From IMG/VR virus record IMGVR_UViG_3300028107_000045: a stretch of 64,000 nt of DNA; one strand, written 5' to 3'. Each line of letters begins with the position of its first letter. The first letter of the stretch is position 1. A program made the translations under genes and the position numbers. Source of the DNA: an uncultured virus (IMG/VR IMGVR_UViG_3300028107_000045). Taxonomy: Duplodnaviria; Heunggongvirae; Uroviricota; Caudoviricetes. The notes beneath the pieces were generated by a model. That model was not told where the DNA came from. It did no database searches and saw nothing but the letters and a program-made list of their open reading frames with translations. This document shows, in pieces, positions 56,635 to 64,000 of this stretch.

Positions 56635-57195
56635 ATGGGTTGGGTTACTGACATCAATTTCAACGAGGACCTGGATTTCTATGGGGTTCAGATCAAGAAA
56701 GGCACGCACACGCAAGTTCGTTGGGACATTGGTATTGGCAACATCAATATTGGTGCTGATGGTCGTATCACTTCGGTCGATCATTACGCCCCGATCGAGC
56801 ATAAGCCGGCTGCTCAAGAGGCTTATGAGAAAGACCTCATGACTTTCACCGGTATCCTCGATGCCAACATGGGTAAGTTGCACTTCCACCAAGGTCAGTT
56901 GCTGAATTGCGACTTGCTTTATGGCCGTTACCTTGAGTCGTACGTAATTACCCAACTTCACTCGGTCAGGCTCAAACTGACTGAAACATTCAAACATCCA
57001 GATTATCCAGAAGACTGGAGGGGTTTGGATTGCTCAGTAAACGAGATGGAAGGTAATAAACTCCGTATCGCCATGGATGTGATCCGTAAGCAACTGGAAG
57101 ACGGTATCGTGCACCAGCATCCGGATATCGATCCAGAGATCGCCGCTGAGGCCCTGAAAGAGTTCCAGCGTAAGAACAAAGTTCTGAGTGACTAA
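56635..57195 (+). CDS. Hypothetical protein
   Basis: AAGGAG RBS, 186 aa. Confidence 0.75.
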   Translation: MGWVTDINFNEDLDFYGVQIKKGTHTQVRWDIGIGNINIGADGRITSVDHYAPIEHKPAAQEAYEKDLMTFTGILDANMGKLHFHQGQLLNCDLLYGRYLESYVITQLHSVRLKLTETFKHPDYPEDWRGLDCSVNEMEGNKLRIAMDVIRKQLEDGIVHQHPDIDPEIAAEALKEFQRKNKVLSD

Positions 57196-57197
57196 CA

Positions 57198-57234
57198 ATA
57201 GTACCTCCTAGCCCATTGGGCTAGGAGGTACTAT
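57198..57234. terminator. Bidirectional hairpin terminator
   Basis: 17-bp inverted repeat ATAGTACCTCCTAGCCC / GGGCTAGGAGGTACTAT between convergent genes. Confidence 0.8.
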
Positions 57235-57240
57235 AAACAC

Positions 57241-58158
57241 TTATGTAATTTTTAGTAGTTGCGCTGTAGACGCTACATTAATGTCAATACCGCCATGCAT
57301 GTAAATAGCGTTTTCATTAGCTACTGCAGCACCCATGTAGTAGAGGCTTGGACCTGGTGGCATTTCTGTCCAGTTCCCTGTTCCTGTGTTGTAGCGGTAG
57401 AACTTATTGATAGCAGCAGATTCGTTACCCTGCTTACCTCCATAAATGTAGATGAGCGGGCCGATTGCAACCACGTAAGAGTGTGGTTTGCCTTCTGGCA
57501 TTACCTTTAACGAAGTCCAAACGTTACTAACCGGGTTATACGACCATGATTCTCTAACAGCGCTTGGCCCGATAGAACCACCAAACACATACATTAACCC
57601 ATCAACAACAACCGCTTTATGCCCGTAACGGGCACTTAACGAGTGCGTGATGGCCCTGTATGAATTGGCAACCGGATCGTATTCATGGAATGGGCTGGAC
57701 GCAGCAGTACCGGTATACCCGCCGAGTAAGTAAATCTTACCATTGATGGCTACCGCGCTTACTAAAGCCAACGACACAGGGTAGTTTGCTAATTTCGTCC
57801 ACAGTTTAGTAGCGAAATCATAACACCAGGCTTCATTGGACATTGGACCCCAGTTAACACCGGTAGACCCGCCGAACATGTAGAGTTTGTTATTTAGTAA
57901 ACAAAATCCTGGGGAGTGTCTAGGGGTAGGTGCGGTATTGTTAGGAGTGACAGTAGTCCAGGTATTGGTTCTAATGTCATACACTTCCATTGTGTTGTTC
58001 AGGGCGCCGTACGTTCCACCATAACTGTAAATTAGGTCTCCTACCATTACCAGACACTGCCCACTACGAGCAGTGCCGCCTGGCGCTAGGGACGAATAAA
58101 TACCCTGGATTATGTTAGGTCCGCTAGCTGGTTTACGGAACAACATTGCTTCAATCAT
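57241..58158 (-). CDS. Kelch-repeat six-bladed beta-propeller protein
   Basis: Six hhhGG repeats (IYSYGG, LYMFGG, IYLLGG, MYVFGG, IYIYGG, IYMHGG) with Y(D/N)...W spacing. Confidence 0.85.
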   Translation of the reverse strand: MIEAMLFRKPASGPNIIQGIYSSLAPGGTARSGQCLVMVGDLIYSYGGTYGALNNTMEVYDIRTNTWTTVTPNNTAPTPRHSPGFCLLNNKLYMFGGSTGVNWGPMSNEAWCYDFATKLWTKLANYPVSLALVSAVAINGKIYLLGGYTGTAASSPFHEYDPVANSYRAITHSLSARYGHKAVVVDGLMYVFGGSIGPSAVRESWSYNPVSNVWTSLKVMPEGKPHSYVVAIGPLIYIYGGKQGNESAAINKFYRYNTGTGNWTEMPPGPSLYYMGAAVANENAIYMHGGIDINVASTAQLLKIT

Positions 58159-58170
58159 AATTCATTTCCC

Positions 58171-58884
58171 TTAGAAACTCTCTGGGGTATAGTTACCCAA
58201 GTAGCGAGCAAAATTGCTAATACGTATCCGCCCAAAGTTACCCAGCCACGCTTGGTTGATGTTGTTGTAGTAACCAAGATACATTTTTGTAGCTGTCAGT
58301 AATGTACTAACCTTGGGCATGTAATCTTGTGCATATGTGGTGGATGTACCAAAGGCGATCATTTGTAGTACGCCATCTTTGTATATATGCAGCAGGTTGT
58401 TCCTGAAAACCATAGCCCACCGGTTAACTTTGTTAACAACACTAGCTTTATTGATTGGCGGCTGGCCTATGTTAGCGTTAGCCCAATTACTGATATTAAA
58501 CTGCAAGCGGTTACCATAACCACCATCACCCCACCTGCAACCAATTGGATAACCTTGGGTGGTGGTTATGTCTAGGAATAGTTCATTAGCATATGTGGTT
58601 ACGAACGATGTAGGGCGAGAGCTCCACTCTATCGTCCAGTCACCTAGGGTATCGAGGTTGATTGCCTGTGGTAAGGTAATTAATCCTTGGTTGGCAGCCC
58701 CGGTAAATTTCAATGAGGGTTTGTCGTCCATTAGATAAGTAGAGTCCACTGCAAGCCCACCGCTCATTGCGATGCAGACTTGGTTGGATATTTCGTCCTT
58801 ACCAGTACCGGGGTCAAAGAGGAAAATGACATCACCAGTAGGAGGAGCAGATCCAGAGCGGCTAGCCAGTAATAACTCGTGCAT
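58171..58884 (-). CDS. LamG / concanavalin A-like lectin domain protein
   Basis: DWTIEW, AMVFRNNLLHIYKDG, GRIRISNFARY.GNYTP. Confidence 0.75.
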   Translation of the reverse strand: MHELLLASRSGSAPPTGDVIFLFDPGTGKDEISNQVCIAMSGGLAVDSTYLMDDKPSLKFTGAANQGLITLPQAINLDTLGDWTIEWSSRPTSFVTTYANELFLDITTTQGYPIGCRWGDGGYGNRLQFNISNWANANIGQPPINKASVVNKVNRWAMVFRNNLLHIYKDGVLQMIAFGTSTTYAQDYMPKVSTLLTATKMYLGYYNNINQAWLGNFGRIRISNFARYLGNYTPESF

Positions 58885-58970
58885 AATAGTTACCTTCGAG
58901 AAGTCATAGAATTTTATTTAACCAGTTACCCTATTTAGTAAGCCCTGCACGTTTTTAACTCTTGTAATAA

Positions 58971-58996
58971 AACAAACCTACATTACTCGAGTGTAT
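58971..58996 (+). promoter_or_regulatory. Phage early promoter (TATATTAC type)
   Basis: AACAAACCTACATTACTCGAGTGTAT. Confidence 0.7.
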
Positions 58997-59045
58997 GCAT
59001 GTAACAATGTTTTTAATACTGATCAACTGTACGAGGTATTAGGTA

Positions 59046-59705
59046 ATGAGCAAAGAATTCGAAGATTTCATTAAAGCTCAGGTAGCGGCCCCGGTAATAC
59101 ACACTGTGACTATCGACAACGAAGGGTACCCGGTGGACAGCCCTTTCAGCTTCTTGGGTCAGTTGCGCGAAGCAATGCCAGCGATCACCCATCACCGTGC
59201 GTTGCACAAAGATGGGTTTGTTGTTCCACCATTCGATCCGTTCCACGACCACCTGACCAGTCTGGTGCTGCGCGACGGCGGGGTGCGTAATACAGTGTAT
59301 AAGCTCGTCTTTGACGAGTTGGCTACACCAAAGAAAGAATGGATCGGTGTTATACAACGGTATATCTCTGGTCCTTTGTTCAACGCGTTTGTTTTCCCTG
59401 GGGCCTGGCATATTCCGACTAACCATACACCGCAATGCTTCGTTGGCCGTAGATTGCGTGACATTGCTCCAATGCCTAACTTTGGACACTTCAAAGGCAT
59501 GGACGTTAAAGTCATGGATGGACCGAAGCATGACGTGGTTATCTTTAACCAGCCGACTTTCAACCGGCTGGCAGTAACAGTAGAAGGTCGCCGCAGGCAG
59601 AAACTGTTGGAAGGTATTACTCATACCGCTGACGGTCGTCCCATTGACGATAACGGTCGAGTCCCAGAAGACGACTCCAACCCGTTTACTACCTGGGGCA
59701 AGTAA
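59046..59705 (+). CDS. Hypothetical early protein
   Basis: GAGGT RBS, first gene after the promoter. Confidence 0.75.
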   Translation: MSKEFEDFIKAQVAAPVIHTVTIDNEGYPVDSPFSFLGQLREAMPAITHHRALHKDGFVVPPFDPFHDHLTSLVLRDGGVRNTVYKLVFDELATPKKEWIGVIQRYISGPLFNAFVFPGAWHIPTNHTPQCFVGRRLRDIAPMPNFGHFKGMDVKVMDGPKHDVVIFNQPTFNRLAVTVEGRRRQKLLEGITHTADGRPIDDNGRVPEDDSNPFTTWGK

Positions 59706-60368
59706 ATGAACAAAAAGAAGCCGGCGCTTATTACACCAAAAGGTAGCCTTAACGTCGGTCCTTGGACCAAGTGGTGCATGCACGTAAAGGGCATGGAGTA
59801 CTTGCAAGCTCATCGGTTGTTTAATGAGCGGGTAAGGGATATGCCAGAACCGGCACTAGCTAACGCCGAAGGTAAACCCAGTCCAGTATGGGTTACTTGG
59901 TATCGTATCCGTAATAAGGTTTCTAGCAATGTGGCCATCGGTATTTGTCGTGGCCGGATTATGGATGCCTCAACCAGCACAAGTATTGAATACGAGGGGG
60001 TAGGCATGCGTCGCATTAAGTATTTGAGGGAAGATGGGGTTCTGGTTGATGTTAGCTTGGCTGACTTCACCATGGACCAGCGCAAGGAACTGCAGAACGC
60101 TGCTAACAACGTGTTCTTCCATTGCGAGAAAAACGAAGGTGTCAGCATGAGCTGGCTGCGTAGGTTGTCGCATGAGCTGGAAAAGTTTGATCTCAACCTC
60201 AGTTTCCGCAAGCTGGTGTTGCAGATCATTAAAGACCAGCGTGGGCTCGCCACTTGGCCAGAAGTGATCGAAGTTATCAAACGCCTGGTAGACGACCCTA
60301 AATTGGTACCAGGTAAAGTCAATTTCCCACAGAAAGTTGTTGAGCGGAGTGTTAGTAATGACGTTTGA
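59706..60368 (+). CDS. Hypothetical protein with two Trp motifs
   Basis: NVGPWTKWC and PSPVWVTWY. Confidence 0.75.
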   Translation: MNKKKPALITPKGSLNVGPWTKWCMHVKGMEYLQAHRLFNERVRDMPEPALANAEGKPSPVWVTWYRIRNKVSSNVAIGICRGRIMDASTSTSIEYEGVGMRRIKYLREDGVLVDVSLADFTMDQRKELQNAANNVFFHCEKNEGVSMSWLRRLSHELEKFDLNLSFRKLVLQIIKDQRGLATWPEVIEVIKRLVDDPKLVPGKVNFPQKVVERSVSNDV

Positions 60369-60678
60369 AGAGTACATTTGCGGTCTGGCTGACGTCGAAG
60401 GTAAAGAAGCCTTGGAGCGTTACACCATGGCTTTCTGGGCACAAGCGTCTGAAGCCGAGCGTGCTAAAGTTATCCAGGCTATCGACAACCTGACTGGCGG
60501 CGTACGCAAGATGGTCAAAAGCTTCTGGGCTCTCTGTGGTGTGTACATCGAGAACAACTGGGTTACGGTAGATGGGCAGTCGTATGCGATCTCTCCGGTG
60601 CTCATGTCACGCGATCCGGATATTTCCCGTGCACGCATCGGTGCGGTTGATATCAAGTACCTGGGTGATGGCCAATGA
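60358..60678 (+). CDS. Hypothetical protein
   Basis: GGAG RBS, 106 aa. Confidence 0.7.
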   Translation: MTFEEYICGLADVEGKEALERYTMAFWAQASEAERAKVIQAIDNLTGGVRKMVKSFWALCGVYIENNWVTVDGQSYAISPVLMSRDPDISRARIGAVDIKYLGDGQ

Positions 60679-60980
60679 ACACGTTGGGCATCAACATGGT
60701 GCGGACCATGGCGCGTCTCAAACAGTCTGCTGACATGGAACCTCCTCTCACCAAACATGGTAGCCGGATCCTTTCCAATGATTGGGTAGAGTGGCACCAG
60801 CGTCAGACTGGAGTACCGCGCGTTATTGCAATTAACCGTGGTTACCATTTGCTGGATAACAAAGATCCTGGTAACCCATTCAACGGCATTCGTATTGATG
60901 AAGGATTAGCTGTACTCGGGGTAAACCGAATGGCTGACTACTTCTTCAATTCTCGTAATGCTCTGCGTCATATTAACTGA
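60675..60980 (+). CDS. Hypothetical protein with Trp motif
   Basis: ATGA coupling; LSNDWVEWH. Confidence 0.7.
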   Translation: MNTLGINMVRTMARLKQSADMEPPLTKHGSRILSNDWVEWHQRQTGVPRVIAINRGYHLLDNKDPGNPFNGIRIDEGLAVLGVNRMADYFFNSRNALRHIN

Positions 60981-60990
60981 GGTAATCGTA

Positions 60991-61833
60991 ATGGATAAAA
61001 CAAACACACTCCAGAAAGTACTTCAACACGCCTACCATAAGGCAGAGCGTAATGCTGAAGTCCGTTGGCGTGCTAACGTACACCACCTGCACAATCATTT
61101 CGGTATCAAAAGTTACCAGGTGATTGGCTCGAATGTTGATCTGCTCGTCGCCAAGTTCCGCGAGCGTTTCCCTGGCTTCTTGACCGATGTCACCCGTAAG
61201 GCATTGGTGGGGGTCCCTGGGGTAGACAACCAAACCCGTTTTAATGCTTATATCGCTGTGTGCATGGCACTGTTCAATGACGGCACCTACGTTCCGTATG
61301 GTGGTGACGAAATCAATAAAGACAAAGTGTTGGTCAAGTCACGTTTGTACCCAACTGGTCGTACAGTGGATTGGGAACCCGGGATAATCCCTGATGGCAC
61401 CCCAGAGCTATTTAAGCAGCTGGAATTCACGGAAAATACACTTAAGCTTGGCGAGTTCGCTCGTAATGAACTGACTACCGGTTGGGTGCGGACAGACCGT
61501 AATGATAAGGTGGGGTTCAATAAAGTCGGAATGGGTCGTGCCCACGAAAAGGAACAACGCTTGCGCACCTTTAATGCTGATTTCGATGGGATCATGCCTG
61601 GGGTTGATCAAGATATCTACGACATAATAAACCGTAAAGCTACCGTAATGCTGGAAGCTAAACTCGGCGACGACCCTGAACCCGAGATCCGTGGCGAGAC
61701 TACCTTCGGTCTCAATCCCAAGTGGATTGATTGGTACTGCCGCACTAATAATACTGCGGTCTGGAAAGCCCGCAAGGCAGGTAAAGAGAAACTGCGTAAA
61801 CTGCAAATGCTGGTAAATCGCTACAACAAGTAA
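60991..61833 (+). CDS. Hypothetical protein with C-terminal Trp motif
   Basis: GAGGT RBS; GLNPKWIDWY. Confidence 0.75.
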   Translation: MDKTNTLQKVLQHAYHKAERNAEVRWRANVHHLHNHFGIKSYQVIGSNVDLLVAKFRERFPGFLTDVTRKALVGVPGVDNQTRFNAYIAVCMALFNDGTYVPYGGDEINKDKVLVKSRLYPTGRTVDWEPGIIPDGTPELFKQLEFTENTLKLGEFARNELTTGWVRTDRNDKVGFNKVGMGRAHEKEQRLRTFNADFDGIMPGVDQDIYDIINRKATVMLEAKLGDDPEPEIRGETTFGLNPKWIDWYCRTNNTAVWKARKAGKEKLRKLQMLVNRYNK

Positions 61834-61880
61834 TAACCAATTCCGGTTATACTTGCACTCGATCCATTTAGGAGTGTTTC

Positions 61881-62327
61881 ATGAAGATTGCAATGTTCGT
61901 TCTGTCCCTGATTCCTGTTGTTGGTATGGCAGCGGCCGCACAACAGCCCTCGGCTTTGTCTTTGGACCCTACTGTAAACGCCGCGGTTCAAAAGACGTTC
62001 GTGTGTCAGGAGTATACTGACAACGCGATGACCTTTACCCAAGGTTATACCACGGATAACCCCCGGGTTACCATGGAAACCCGTATTGAACAAACCAAAT
62101 ACGAATTCAAGTTCGCCAAGAACGACCTGCTCAAAGAAGGACTGGTGTTGGCAATCCCTGAAGGTGGGAACATCAGCGGTGTAGCAGGTACACAACACGA
62201 GATGATGTTCAAGCGTGTTGATGGTAATGGTAAACCGTATTTCATTCTGTATTTCGCTGATCCCGATCCAAAGTCTGATGGCGAAATCAACCGTGCTGTT
62301 TACGTGGCTAATTGCAAGAGGATCTAA
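61881..62327 (+). CDS. Exported (periplasmic) protein
   Basis: AGGAG RBS; signal peptide MKIAMFVLSLIPVVGMAAA; two Cys, one near each end of the mature domain. Confidence 0.75.
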   Translation: MKIAMFVLSLIPVVGMAAAAQQPSALSLDPTVNAAVQKTFVCQEYTDNAMTFTQGYTTDNPRVTMETRIEQTKYEFKFAKNDLLKEGLVLAIPEGGNISGVAGTQHEMMFKRVDGNGKPYFILYFADPDPKSDGEINRAVYVANCKRI

Positions 62328-62329
62328 CC

Positions 62330-62965
62330 GTGGAACTCAAGCGACTGCCAGAAAACATCTTGGTAGAATCTGTTAACTACCCGGATGAAAACGTTAAACG
62401 CCACTGGGTTAAACACTTGTTGGAGCAATTGCAACAAGAAACAGGTATCGTCCCACCTACCTACGACCAGGGTTGGATGTTTGCTAAGGACAAGGCCGAT
62501 GATAACAAGATTATCGGTGCCTTGTGCGGCGCGTGGCATGACGGTGCTTTTGTAATCAATGTGTTGTATGTGGAGCCTAAATACCGCAGGCAAGGCATCG
62601 GTAGTGCATTACTCCACGACTTAATGTGTAGGAGTATTGAATACGTTATCATCGAAATCGAACAAGAAGATCCTCCATTTGGTGCGTTCTTGAAAGCTCG
62701 TAAGTTCGAGTTCGTACGCCGTGGTCGACGCGATGGATGGTGGCGCTTAAATGGTCCGGAATACCGAGGTGCAATCGCCCTGACTGCAAACAGGAAAGAC
62801 ATCGGTAAGATGGGGCAGTATATCCACTGGGGGGCAGATGGTAAAGATGTTACCCTAGACGGCACATTCGGCATGGCCGAGCTTGCTCAATTGGTGTGGT
62901 TCATGAAAAACGGTGGTCCTGGTAAGGGCAACTGCAAACACGAAGACTTGAAGGACGATTATTAA
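62330..62965 (+). CDS. GNAT family acetyltransferase 1
   Basis: Motif A LYVEPKYRRQGIGSALL; GTG start after AAGAGGA. Confidence 0.8.
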   Translation: MELKRLPENILVESVNYPDENVKRHWVKHLLEQLQQETGIVPPTYDQGWMFAKDKADDNKIIGALCGAWHDGAFVINVLYVEPKYRRQGIGSALLHDLMCRSIEYVIIEIEQEDPPFGAFLKARKFEFVRRGRRDGWWRLNGPEYRGAIALTANRKDIGKMGQYIHWGADGKDVTLDGTFGMAELAQLVWFMKNGGPGKGNCKHEDLKDDY

Positions 62966-63507
62966 TGACTGTTAATAGAGCATTGTTTGATCGTAATGTG
63001 TTTGGGATCCCTAGACGTAAGGTTAAATACGCCGATGGGTTCCAAGCACGACTGGTCCACATTGGCGGTGACAAGCCAGAAGGTGCGCTACTAGCGTCAA
63101 TGTGGGAGTTGTTCAACCTGGGTGTTTACGAGCAGCTTCCGTGGTTCATTAATAACCCAGATGCTTGGAACGGCCTGGATTGGATGCTGAATCCAGCCAA
63201 GCGACGGGAAGTTTTCGAAGCCCGTGTTGCGGATGCATCAACGGTTATCCTCATGGAGAACCAGCACGGCATGGTCATGGGTTACCTACTCATGACTCCT
63301 CACCACTACATCCTGGACATGTACGTGATCCCTGCTTTCCGTCGGGATCGCATCGGCCTCAGCTTGTTGGAGCTGTACATCAACCGCTTTGACGTAAGGG
63401 AGATCACTTGTAGCTTACATTCTTACGATCTGGATCCGCGAGCTTTCCTCACCAGGTTGGGGTTCTGTATGTCTAATGCAACGTGCTGCGTCTGGAAACT
63501 GTCTTAA
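62965..63507 (+). CDS. GNAT family acetyltransferase 2
   Basis: MYVIPAFRRDRIGLSLL and AFLTRLGF. Confidence 0.75.
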   Translation: MTVNRALFDRNVFGIPRRKVKYADGFQARLVHIGGDKPEGALLASMWELFNLGVYEQLPWFINNPDAWNGLDWMLNPAKRREVFEARVADASTVILMENQHGMVMGYLLMTPHHYILDMYVIPAFRRDRIGLSLLELYINRFDVREITCSLHSYDLDPRAFLTRLGFCMSNATCCVWKLS

Positions 63508-63513
63508 CCCTGT

Positions 63514-63543
63514 TAGGTAAGCTAGCCTAGGCTAGCTTACCTA
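63514..63543. terminator. Perfect 30-bp palindrome / hairpin
   Basis: TAGGTAAGCTAGCCTAGGCTAGCTTACCTA is its own reverse complement. Confidence 0.7.
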
Positions 63544-63564
63544 TTACCCACCTAAGGATTTTTT

Positions 63565-64000
63565 ATGGAATATACGTACGAGTTTTTTGTTGGTAAGTTG
63601 TCGGTTGACTCACTTTTCAAATTCCCGCGGGAGTTGTACGATAAGCATCTCGACAAGCTTGCTTATCTGTACGACACAGTTAAAGGCATTGAAGACCTCG
63701 ACGAAGCCAAACGACAGTTCAAAACGTGGTTGGACCACACTGACTACGTGGGTATTGTTCACGCTGGTGGCAATGGGGTGAGCGGTTACCTAATTGCTGG
63801 TGGTAACCAAGTAATAGACATGTACGTGTACCCTCCTTTCCAGAACCAGGGTGTCGGGACACAGTTGCTGCAAAACTACAAAACTTTTAACGAGGGTAAG
63901 TTCCCTTTCTTCAAAGCGGTCTGGACCAAGGAAACTGTTGCCAGTACTAAAGTCTTCGTTAAATGTGGTTTCGGTGTGACGGCTGAGTTCAGTCCCGAAC
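63565..64000 (+). CDS. GNAT family acetyltransferase 3; partial, runs off the window
   Basis: Translated by hand from ATG 63565 (AAGGA RBS): MEYTYEFF...DMYVYPPFQNQGVGTQLL...VFVKCGF. Confidence 0.75.
   Translation, partial: MEYTYEFFVGKLSVDSLFKFPRELYDKHLDKLAYLYDTVKGIEDLDEAKRQFKTWLDHTDYVGIVHAGGNGVSGYLIAGGNQVIDMYVYPPFQNQGVGTQLLQNYKTFNEGKFPFFKAVWTKETVASTKVFVKCGFGVTAEFSPE

Noticed and set aside
5807..63543. Hairpins as CRISPR repeats, MITEs/REPs or tRNAs
   Set aside because: Not identical, not regularly spaced, no target duplications and no cloverleaf or T-loop motifs.
1..64000. Stop-codon reassignment, since genes end almost exclusively in TAA or TGA
   Set aside because: Genes tile densely and intact under the standard code with no in-frame TAG interruptions; rare TAG use is normal.

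Overview
A 64-kb segment of a phiKZ-related jumbo myophage genome, probably in the EL/OBP/SPN3US-like part of the group. The taxon is inferred from gene order and recalled family resemblance, not from a database search. Left ~26 kb (late/structural block): partial portal-like gene, phiKZ gp128- and gp139-like virion proteins, a RuvC-like resolvase, a candidate holin facing an overlapping i-spanin/o-spanin pair, four tandem gp131-like tail fibre paralogues, a baseplate spike and an SbcC/Rad50-like ATPase. Right ~38 kb (mostly + strand, early/accessory): four copies of a TATATTAC-type early promoter and many TAG/CTAG-rich hairpins. It encodes two minimal nucleotidyltransferases, NAD+-dependent DNA ligase, RNase HI, a DHH phosphoesterase, an Acb1-like 2H phosphoesterase, an ART-PolyVal-like protein, a Ser/Thr phosphatase, three tandem GNAT acetyltransferases and an inverted Kelch + LamG gene pair. 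The most unexplained patterns are: (i) a ~30-aa Trp motif (NxxWhxWY) shared by about a dozen otherwise dissimilar proteins; (ii) six small membrane proteins with a C-x-G-x-Y-x-T-x-x-C loop, five of them next to a LemA/TPM-like pair; (iii) a stand-alone, strongly codon-biased glycine-zipper gene with a second in-frame start. No tRNA, rRNA, CRISPR array or IS element was recognised.
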